DNA from: Candidatus Limnocylindrales bacterium
GTDB taxonomy: Bacteria > Chloroflexota > Limnocylindria > Limnocylindrales > CSP1-4
Assembly (NCBI GenBank): GCA_036559965.1
Contig: DATBSD010000136.1
Location: forward strand, 1,640 to 65,639
Direction of reading: 5' to 3'
DNA: 64,000 nucleotides
The notes below the pieces were generated by a model. That model did no database searches. It was not told where the DNA came from and saw nothing but the letters and a program-made list of their open reading frames with translations. The position numbers and the translations under genes were made by a program. Of the stretch, positions 30,539-40,541 are shown one piece after another (position 1 is the first letter of the stretch; the number at the start of each line of letters is the position of its first letter).

Positions 30539-31666
30539 ATGGTCGGGCCGTCGCGCCACGCGGTCCGCTTCGCGGTCATCGACGGCGACACCGTCGCCCT
30601 CAAGGAAGAGCCCATCGACGTCGCGCGGCGTGAGTACGACGCGTTGCGCGAGATCGAGGCGCGCGCCCTGCCGGCCGTGCGGGTGATCGGCATCGCGGAG
30701 CGACCCGAGGACGGCACGGCCATCCTGGCCACCGACTACCTCCGTCACTCACTCCAGTACCGGCGGTTGATGGCGCGCGTGCCGCTGGTCGCCGGTGGCT
30801 ACCGCGACCGACTGCTCGACGCCATGGCATCGCTACTCGTGGACCTGCACCGAGCCGGCGTCTTCTGGGGTGATTGCTCGCTCGCCAACACGCTGCTTCG
30901 GCGCGACGGCGATCGATTGCAGGCCTATCTCGTGGATGCCGAGACGAGCGAGATCCACCCCCGGCTCTCGGACGGCCAGCGGGCGGCCGACCTTGACGTC
31001 CTCGTCGAGAACGTCGCCTTCGGGCTGGCCGACCTGGCGGCGTCGCAGGGTCACCCGGAGGCGATGGACGAGCAGGCTCTGGCTGCCTCGGCGGTCCGTG
31101 GCCGGTACGACGACTTGTGGCAGGAGCTCTTCCGCGTCGAGACCATCGCGGTTGGCGATGCGTTCGCCATCGAGGCCCGGGTGCGGCGCCTGAACGAGCT
31201 CGGGTTCGCGGTCGAGGAAGTCGAGATCGAGCCGGGCGGACGCGAACCGGCCAGCGCCAGGCTGCGGGTCGTCGTGTCCGAGCGGGACTTCCATACGCGC
31301 GAGCTGCGGCGTCGCGCGCGCCTCAACGCGCTCGAAGGACAGGCCCATCTGCTGCTCCACGACATGCGCGAGTACCGTGCCTGGCTGGCCGCCTCGACCG
31401 ACCGACCGGTGTCGCGCGAGGAGGGCGCCGAGCGCTGGCGGCGGGAGCGCCTCGATCCCTCGCTCGCGCGCCTTGCGCCGGTCATCGGTCCAGATCGTGA
31501 CCCGCTCCAGGCCTACTGCGACCTGCTCGAGCACAAGTGGCTGCTCTCGGAAGCCGCCGGACGTGACGTCGGTTTCGAGGCAGCGTTCGCGTCGTACCTC
31601 GACAGCGGAGCACCCGCCCCGGAGACCGCGCGGCCGACCGTTCGGCCCCTGGCCAAGCGCGCCTAG
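30539..31666 (+). CDS. DUF4032-like protein (actinobacterial conserved hypothetical, kinase-fold-like)
   Basis: Start MVGPSRHAVRFAVIDGDTVALKEE; ~375 aa; overall resemblance to the DUF4032 family from memory; no catalytic motif confirmed. Confidence 0.5.
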   Translation: MVGPSRHAVRFAVIDGDTVALKEEPIDVARREYDALREIEARALPAVRVIGIAERPEDGTAILATDYLRHSLQYRRLMARVPLVAGGYRDRLLDAMASLLVDLHRAGVFWGDCSLANTLLRRDGDRLQAYLVDAETSEIHPRLSDGQRAADLDVLVENVAFGLADLAASQGHPEAMDEQALAASAVRGRYDDLWQELFRVETIAVGDAFAIEARVRRLNELGFAVEEVEIEPGGREPASARLRVVVSERDFHTRELRRRARLNALEGQAHLLLHDMREYRAWLAASTDRPVSREEGAERWRRERLDPSLARLAPVIGPDRDPLQAYCDLLEHKWLLSEAAGRDVGFEAAFASYLDSGAPAPETARPTVRPLAKRA

Positions 31667-31973
31667 CGCCGCCCACGCTCGAAGGCCTCGTCATCGCGCG
31701 CGAGGTGGCGTGGGACACTAGCCCGCGTCCCGGCATCTCCCTTCCATGACGGACATCGCCGTGCAGGACGTCCCGCGATCGACGCGACGGTCCGCCTCGC
31801 CGCCGTTGGCACTCGCTGGTGGATGCTCAGCAGCGTTGCGGCCTGCAGGTGAAGCCTCGCAGTACCGTGGGCGCCAGCGGCGAGTCCATGCATGCGCCGG
31901 TGCGCCCGGTCACCGAGGAATCTGCATCCGGTTGCGCCTTCCGGTACCATTCGAAAAACCCCGGAGGAACTGA

Positions 31974-34359
<2,386 letters not shown>

Positions 34360-34426
34360 CGCCCGTCGGCGTAGAATCCGCGAGCGCCGCTCGGTCGTCG
34401 CGCCCGCCCCGCCCAAGGAGCCATCA

Positions 34427-35089
34427 GTGAAGATCTTCCTGGACACCGCCGATATCGAGGAGATCCGCATCGCCGCGCGCTGGGGCGTGCTCGACGGGGT
34501 GACCACGAACCCGACTCTCTACGGCAAGGTCGGTGGCAGCTACGAGGACATCCTCACGGAGATCTGCCGCATCACGCCCGGCCCTGTCAGCGCCGAGGTC
34601 GTGGCCGAGGACGTCGAGGACATGCTCAAGGAGGGTCGGGCGTTCGCGAAGCTGGCGCCCAACATCGTCGTCAAGGTGCCCATGAGCGAGACCGGGCTGG
34701 AGGCCATCGCGCGCTTTGCCGAAGAGGGCATCAAGACGAACTGCACGCTCATCTTCTCGGCCAACCAGGGCCTCCTCGCGGCCAAGGCCGGCGCGTCGCT
34801 GCTGTCGCCGTTCGTCGGTCGCCTCGACGACATCAACCAGGACGGCATGGAGGTCATCCGCGAGCTGGTCGGCATCGTCGAGCTGCACGGGCTCGACACG
34901 GAAGTCCTGGCCGCGTCGATCCGCCACCCGCGCCACATGACCGACGCTGCCCTGGCCGGCGCGCACGTGGCCACGCTGCCGTTCAAGGTGCTCAAGCAGA
35001 TGGTCCATCACCCACTCACCGACTCGGGCATCGTCCAGTTCCGGAAGGATTGGGAGCAGGCCCGCGAGGCCGCCGCCGCCAAGGCCTAG
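34427..35089 (+). CDS. short-form transaldolase / fructose-6-phosphate aldolase family
   Basis: GTG start 6 nt after AAGGAG; MKIFLDTADIEEI, TTNPTL, Schiff-base Lys in IVVKVP, 220 aa. Confidence 0.85.
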   Translation: MKIFLDTADIEEIRIAARWGVLDGVTTNPTLYGKVGGSYEDILTEICRITPGPVSAEVVAEDVEDMLKEGRAFAKLAPNIVVKVPMSETGLEAIARFAEEGIKTNCTLIFSANQGLLAAKAGASLLSPFVGRLDDINQDGMEVIRELVGIVELHGLDTEVLAASIRHPRHMTDAALAGAHVATLPFKVLKQMVHHPLTDSGIVQFRKDWEQAREAAAAKA

Positions 35090-35092
35090 TCG

Positions 35093-35368
35093 ATGCCGTC
35101 GACGCTCGACAAGACGTTCGTGGGCGTGCTCCACAAGAGCCATGGCAAAGGCGGCTGGACGTACGTCGTGGCCGACTGGGCCACCGAGTTCTTCGGCACG
35201 CGCGGGCTGGTCAAGGTCCGCGGCACGGTCGACGGACAGCCCTTCCAAAGCTCGTTCATGGCCCTCGGCGACGGCACGCACATGCTGCCCATCAATGCCG
35301 GTCTTCGCCGGCTCATCGGCAAGGGCGATGGCGACTCGGTGACCATCCACCTCACGGAGCGGCGCTGA
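35093..35368 (+). CDS. DUF1905-like small protein
   Basis: 91 aa, 4 nt after the fsa-like gene; pattern [44 protein letters not shown] resembles DUF1905 from memory. Confidence 0.45.
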   Translation: MPSTLDKTFVGVLHKSHGKGGWTYVVADWATEFFGTRGLVKVRGTVDGQPFQSSFMALGDGTHMLPINAGLRRLIGKGDGDSVTIHLTERR

Positions 35369-35396
35369 CAACCGCCGCGCGCCGTCGATCCAGAGA

Positions 35397-36464
35397 TCAG
35401 CTCGGGCGTACGTCCGGATCGGGCAGCACGATGTCGCGCACCGCGCCGATGAGGTCGTGATATGACCGGATGAATGTGCGCAGGGTCCGGGCGGTCGCGC
35501 CGAAGCCCTGGAATTCGTCGATGGTCAGACCCATCGGGTCGTAGGCGCGCTCGAAGTCCGGGAGCCGCTCGAGCAGATCGTCGACGAGGCGCGGCTCCAC
35601 CGGCTCGTCGATGCGATCGACGGGTGTGATGCCGCTGGCATTGAAGCGCACCTGCCAGGCGTGCGGCAGGGTCAGGATGACGTCACCGCCGACGAGCTCC
35701 GTCCAGTGCAGACGATGCCGGTAGGCGGCGGCCAGCAGTCGGGCGCGGTAGCCGCGCTCCCGGAACACGGCGTAGGCGCGCTTGAAGACGGCGATGCCGG
35801 CCCAGTCGAGCGCATCCGGCTGGACGACGATGCCGTCGCGTTCGACGAGCACGCGCAGCCAGTCGTCGACGCGGCCCATCATGATCGTGCAGACCGGCGA
35901 CACGGAGCCGGCGTCGCCGCCGCCGGCCACCAGTGCATCCAGGCCGCGCTCGACGGCCTCCGCCACCGCGATCGCCTGGGCGACCGTGAAGCAGACCGTG
36001 GCGTTGATGCTGATGCCCGCCGCGGTCGCCGCTTCGATGGCCGCGATGCCGGCCGCGGTGGCCGGGAACTTGACCTGCATGTTGGGCGCCAGCGCCGCGA
36101 ACCGTCGGCCCTGCTCGAGCATCAGCTCCGCGTTGCCATGGTTGGCCGGGTTCGTCTGGATCGATAGGCGGCCCTTGCGGCCGCCCTCGCGGACGAAGAC
36201 CGGCTCCAGGATGCCCGCGCCGCGGGCGGCCATGGCCTCGATGAGCGCCCAGGTCAGGTCGGTCTCGGTGGCCGAGGGCTCGACCATCGCGCGCTCCGCG
36301 ACCCACGGCTGCCAATGCGCCCGTTCCTTGCCCAGGACCTCGAGCACGATGCTCGGGTTGGACGTGGCGCCGGTGGCACCTCGGGCGACGGCGTACTCGA
36401 GCTCGGCGATCGCGCACGAGTCGTTCCAGTAGTCGGTCGGTCGGTCGCTGACCGTCCGCGACAT
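35397..36464 (-). CDS. tal: transaldolase (long form)
   Basis: Start MSRTVSDRPTDYWNDS; TSNPSI, Schiff-base Lys in NMQVKFPAT, ~355 aa. Confidence 0.85.
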   Translation of the reverse strand: MSRTVSDRPTDYWNDSCAIAELEYAVARGATGATSNPSIVLEVLGKERAHWQPWVAERAMVEPSATETDLTWALIEAMAARGAGILEPVFVREGGRKGRLSIQTNPANHGNAELMLEQGRRFAALAPNMQVKFPATAAGIAAIEAATAAGISINATVCFTVAQAIAVAEAVERGLDALVAGGGDAGSVSPVCTIMMGRVDDWLRVLVERDGIVVQPDALDWAGIAVFKRAYAVFRERGYRARLLAAAYRHRLHWTELVGGDVILTLPHAWQVRFNASGITPVDRIDEPVEPRLVDDLLERLPDFERAYDPMGLTIDEFQGFGATARTLRTFIRSYHDLIGAVRDIVLPDPDVRPS

Positions 36465-36542
36465 GGGACAGTCGACGAGGGCCGCTGAGGCCAGGCCGGT
36501 CATCCGTCACTCCTGTGTGGTCGGTATCCTAGTCGACGATCG

Positions 36543-38291
36543 ATGACAGACGAGATCCTGGGCCAGTTCCTGGGCGACGACGCCTTCCCGGTGACCTGGG
36601 ATTCGGACGTCGAGCGGGACTTCTTCTGGGTCTACGACGACCTCCACATCCCGCACCCGGTCAGCCCCATGTTCTTCGACATCGGCGGCTGGTGGCTGAG
36701 CTGCGATCACATGTTCCGTCGCTTCGGGACGCCGTTCGCCGTCGACTGGCTGGCAAAGGCCGTCAACGGCTATGTCTACACGACCGCCATCCCGGCCGAC
36801 CCCGACCTGCACATAGAGGGCACCGAGTACAGCGCCCGCTACCAGGCTCGTGTGCCGCGCGACGCCGCCTTCGCCTCGACCATGGGCGCCTACCTCGACA
36901 CCGTCCTCCCAACGTATGGCAAGCACTTCGCCGACTGGTGGCGCGACCGCCTGGTGCCAGAGATGCAGCGCAACTTCGCGTACCTCGAGGCGCGCCTCGA
37001 CGAGGTCGAGCGCATGGACCTGGCGGAGACGGCTGTCCTGCTCGAGGACGCCATCGACATCCACGATCGGCACTGGAAGATCCACTGGATGCTCAACTTC
37101 GCGCAGCTCTCGGCCACGCTCGACCTGCGGGCGGTCATGGAACGGGCGCGCGGCAGCGTCGACGAGGGGCTCCTGGGACGGCTCCAGAACTCGGCTTCGG
37201 ACCGCAACTGGGACTCCATCGAGGCGCTCTGGCGGATGAAGAACGAGGTCCGCGACGACGACCAGCTGCGGGCTGCCTTCGCGCCCGAGGACACGGCCGA
37301 GATCCTGGCCGCCCTCGTGGCGGGCGAGCGCGGCCGCCGGTTCCTGGCCGAGCGCGTCGAGCCCTACCAGCGCGAGTTCGGCTGGCACGCCGTCTGGAGC
37401 CACGAGTTCATCTTCCCGACCGTGCGTGAGCAGGTGGAGCCGGTGCTCGAGCTCGTGCGCGGCTACCTCGCCACCGATTACGACTACCCGACGGCCATCG
37501 AGGCCATGCGGAAGGACATCGAGGCTGCCTCGCAGGAGATCCTCGGCGGCCTCTCGGGCGCCGACCTCGACGCCATGCGAGCGGCCAACGAGGTCAACCT
37601 GCGCATGGCGCCGCTGACGCCCGACCACCACTTCTACATCGACCAGGGCGCCAACGCCCACCTCCGCCTGGTGCTCCTGACGGTCGGCCAGAAGCTCGTC
37701 GAGCTCGACCGTCTCGACGAGCCGGACGACGTCCTGTTCCTGCGCTACAACGAGCTGCGCGCCCTCATCGGCAGCGCCGACGCCATCGATGCGCGCGGGC
37801 TCGTCGCCGTTCGGCGGACCGAGCGCGACGCCCAGCAGCGCCTCCAGCCGCCCGATTGGATCGGCACCGCGACCGCCGCGCAGCTGGCCTTCCCGTATCT
37901 CGTCAACTGGGGCTACCCGGAGCGCTTCCACCAGATCCAGTCGGAGGACCTGCGGCTGATCACCGGCATCGGCGCCTCGCCCGGGGTCCTGGAAGGCACC
38001 GCCCGGGTGGTCCAGACCATCGACGAGTTCGACCAGGTCCGCGACGGCGACATCCTCGTCTGCCAGATGACGAACCCGGCCTGGGTCGTGCTGTTCACGA
38101 AGATCGCCGCCCTCGTGACCGACACCGGTGGGCTGACTTCGCACCCGGCCGTGCTCTCGCGCGAGTTCGGCATCCCGGCCGTCATCGGCACGTCCGTTGC
38201 GACGCAGCGCATCGCGACCGGCGACCGGCTGCGGGTCGACGGGAGAGCCGGCAAGGTCGAGATCCTGCGCGAGGCGGCGTCGGGCGCGTGA
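36543..38291 (+). CDS. PEP-utilizing-enzyme family protein: novel ~450-aa N-terminal domain plus C-terminal phospho-His swivel (mobile) domain; first gene of six-gene operon
   Basis: C-terminus GDILVCQMTNPAWVVLFTKIAALVTDTGGLTSHPAVLSREFGIPAVIG matches the PEP-utilizers mobile domain of PpsA/PPDK/EI (catalytic His ~534, preceding Thr-Ser as in regulated dikinases); the N-terminal region has no ATP-grasp or TIM-barrel motifs I recognise. Confidence 0.8.
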   Translation: MTDEILGQFLGDDAFPVTWDSDVERDFFWVYDDLHIPHPVSPMFFDIGGWWLSCDHMFRRFGTPFAVDWLAKAVNGYVYTTAIPADPDLHIEGTEYSARYQARVPRDAAFASTMGAYLDTVLPTYGKHFADWWRDRLVPEMQRNFAYLEARLDEVERMDLAETAVLLEDAIDIHDRHWKIHWMLNFAQLSATLDLRAVMERARGSVDEGLLGRLQNSASDRNWDSIEALWRMKNEVRDDDQLRAAFAPEDTAEILAALVAGERGRRFLAERVEPYQREFGWHAVWSHEFIFPTVREQVEPVLELVRGYLATDYDYPTAIEAMRKDIEAASQEILGGLSGADLDAMRAANEVNLRMAPLTPDHHFYIDQGANAHLRLVLLTVGQKLVELDRLDEPDDVLFLRYNELRALIGSADAIDARGLVAVRRTERDAQQRLQPPDWIGTATAAQLAFPYLVNWGYPERFHQIQSEDLRLITGIGASPGVLEGTARVVQTIDEFDQVRDGDILVCQMTNPAWVVLFTKIAALVTDTGGLTSHPAVLSREFGIPAVIGTSVATQRIATGDRLRVDGRAGKVEILREAASGA

Positions 38292-39184
38292 CGAGCGTGG
38301 TGCTGAGCGAGGAGTTCGTGGCAGGGCCCGCCCGGCTGCGGGTCGACGTCCTCGGCGGCCCGCCCATCGAGCACGTCCTCGATGACAAGAGCTTCCTCGA
38401 CTACCGCCTGGCGGACGTGCACATCGACCCGGCGCCCACGCTCGCCGAGCCCGATATCGTCTGGGATCGCGAGGCCGGACGGAGAGCCATCGACTACGAC
38501 GACCGACGGATGACGTTCTCGGGCGACTGGCCGGCGGGTCCCATCCAGAAGGTCGTCGTGGCCATGCTCGCGCTGCGGCTCGAGAACCTCGGGCTGCATC
38601 CCTTCCATGCGTCGGCCGTGCGCTACCGCGACAGGACGATCCTCTTCCTGGGCGGCGAGTCGAACCACGGCAAGTCGATGGGCCAGATCGAGGCCTGCCG
38701 GCGCGGGGCGATGCTGGTCTCGACGGAGACGACGATCATCGACGAGTCGGGCATCGTCAGGGCGGGGTCGAAGTCGCCGTTCCTGAAGAAGCGCACCGAG
38801 GGCACCGAGCGGGCTGACAAGGCGGCGCCCGAACGCGGCGTCGAGAAGTTCTTCGGCGACATGCCGACCTGGGCGCTGTACACGGAGCCGAGCGTCGTCG
38901 ACCTCGTCGTGGTGCCCGCGATCGACGGCAACTTCGACCCCTCGAGCGCCGAGATGATCCCCTTCGAGCGCCAGTTCCAGACGCTCCACTCGCTCCAGAA
39001 CTACTTCCTGCTCAACGAGCTGCTGGCGCCCGGCATCCCCATGCCCATCGTCGACACGACCGAGCGCCGGGCGGCGCGGGCGGCCTTCGTCGCGAGCTTC
39101 GCTGAGCGGCCGTACGTCTTCGTGCGGGCCGCCAACCCGCAGGTGCTGCTCGACGAGGTCGATGCCGTGCTCCGGCCGGCCTGA
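38288..39184 (+). CDS. HprK-like P-loop kinase-domain protein
   Basis: GTGA overlap with the upstream stop; HASAVRYRDRTILFLGGESNHGKSMGQIEACRRGAMLVSTETTII matches the HPr-kinase C-terminal domain pattern (H..V....G.L..G.SG.GKS..AL.L...G..L..DD); 298 aa. Confidence 0.6.
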   Translation: MTSVVLSEEFVAGPARLRVDVLGGPPIEHVLDDKSFLDYRLADVHIDPAPTLAEPDIVWDREAGRRAIDYDDRRMTFSGDWPAGPIQKVVVAMLALRLENLGLHPFHASAVRYRDRTILFLGGESNHGKSMGQIEACRRGAMLVSTETTIIDESGIVRAGSKSPFLKKRTEGTERADKAAPERGVEKFFGDMPTWALYTEPSVVDLVVVPAIDGNFDPSSAEMIPFERQFQTLHSLQNYFLLNELLAPGIPMPIVDTTERRAARAAFVASFAERPYVFVRAANPQVLLDEVDAVLRPA

Positions 39185-40053
39185 TGCGCGCGTTCGCCTA
39201 CGAGCGACCGACCGACCTCGACGCCGCCATCGCGACGCTGGCCCGGCATGGCGACGACGCGCGGCCACTTGCCGGCGGGACCGACCTCATCATCCGTCTG
39301 CGCGATGGGACCATCCGGCCGCGACTGGTCGTCGACCTCAAGGGCATCGCCGAGCTCGACGACGCCATCGCCGAGCACGACGGTGGTCTGCGCATCGGAG
39401 CACGGACCATCATGACCGACATCGCCGCAGATCCGCGCATCAGGCGCGACTACCAGGCGCTGGCCGAGGGGGCGGCGGTCGTTGGCGCGGTCCAGATCCG
39501 CAACCGGGCGACGCTGGCCGGCAACATCTGCAACGCCTCGCCGGCCGCCGACACGGCGCCGGCGCTGCTCGTCTTCGGTGCCGTCGTCGTCGCCGTCGGG
39601 CCGGCGGGCGAGCGGCGCATCCCCATCGACGCCTTCTTCGTGCGTTCCGGCGTCACGACGCTGGGCCCAGAGGAGCTGGTCACGGCCATCGAGCTGCCGC
39701 GGTCCGCTGCCCCAAGAGGCTCGACCCACGTCCGGCGGACCCGCCGCCGTGGCCACGACCTCGCCTCGGTCACCTTGAGCTGCACCGTGTCGGCCGATGG
39801 CACCGTGACCATCGGCTACGGCAGCCTCGGACCGCGGCCCATCCTCGTGACCGACGACTCGGGTGTGCTGGTCGATCCGGCGGCCCCCGAACGGGCGAAG
39901 CTGGAATGCCTCGACGCGCTCTTCGTCGACGCCAGCCCGTCGCCCCGGTCGCTCCGAGCGAGCCCGGACTACCGGCTGGCGATGCTCCGTGTCCTTGCCC
40001 TGCGCGCGATCGCGAAGGCCGCAGAGCGCCTGAACCACGCCGACGGCGCATGA
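39184..40053 (+). CDS. xanthine-dehydrogenase-family FAD-binding subunit (CoxM-like)
   Basis: ATGA overlap; MRAFAYERP...LAGGTDLIIRLRDG, NRATLAGNICNASPAADTAP FAD-binding blocks. Confidence 0.85.
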   Translation: MRAFAYERPTDLDAAIATLARHGDDARPLAGGTDLIIRLRDGTIRPRLVVDLKGIAELDDAIAEHDGGLRIGARTIMTDIAADPRIRRDYQALAEGAAVVGAVQIRNRATLAGNICNASPAADTAPALLVFGAVVVAVGPAGERRIPIDAFFVRSGVTTLGPEELVTAIELPRSAAPRGSTHVRRTRRRGHDLASVTLSCTVSADGTVTIGYGSLGPRPILVTDDSGVLVDPAAPERAKLECLDALFVDASPSPRSLRASPDYRLAMLRVLALRAIAKAAERLNHADGA

Positions 40054-40541
40054 CGCCGCGACCCATCGCGCTGACCGTCAACGGGCAGGCTCGCGCGCTG
40101 ACCGTCGCCGCCCATCACACGCTGCTGGAGGTCCTGCGCGACGACCTAGCGCTGACCGGCTCGAAGGCCTGCTGCCTGGTCGGCGAGTGTGGGGCGTGCA
40201 CCGTGCTCGTCGATGGTCGGAGCGTCGACGCCTGCCTCGTCCTCGCGGTCGAGATCGACGGGGCGGTAGTCACGACCGTCGAGGGCCTCGCGACCGACGG
40301 ACGCCTCGATCCGCTCCAGGCCGCGTTCCTCGAGACCGGTGCGGCGCAGTGCGGGTTCTGCATCCCCGGCCAGCTCGTCTCCGCGCGGGCGCTCCTGGCC
40401 GCCAACGCGCATCCGACTCGCCACGAGGTCGAGGACGGCCTGGCCGGCAACCTCTGCCGCTGCGCGGGCTACGGCCAGATCGTCGAGGCCGTGCTGGTGG
40501 CCGCCGGCGAACGTGGCGCGGCCCCTGGGGCCGGCGGATGA
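40050..40541 (+). CDS. xanthine-dehydrogenase-family [2Fe-2S] subunit (CoxS-like)
   Basis: ATGA overlap; LTVNGQ, CCLVGECGACTVLVDG and QCGFCIPGQ...NLCRCAGY cysteine clusters. Confidence 0.9.
   Translation: MTPRPIALTVNGQARALTVAAHHTLLEVLRDDLALTGSKACCLVGECGACTVLVDGRSVDACLVLAVEIDGAVVTTVEGLATDGRLDPLQAAFLETGAAQCGFCIPGQLVSARALLAANAHPTRHEVEDGLAGNLCRCAGYGQIVEAVLVAAGERGAAPGAGG

Noticed and set aside
31746-31973. 75-aa ORF in the pyrG leader
   Set aside because: No RBS, junk composition; region more likely the pyrG 5' UTR/promoter.
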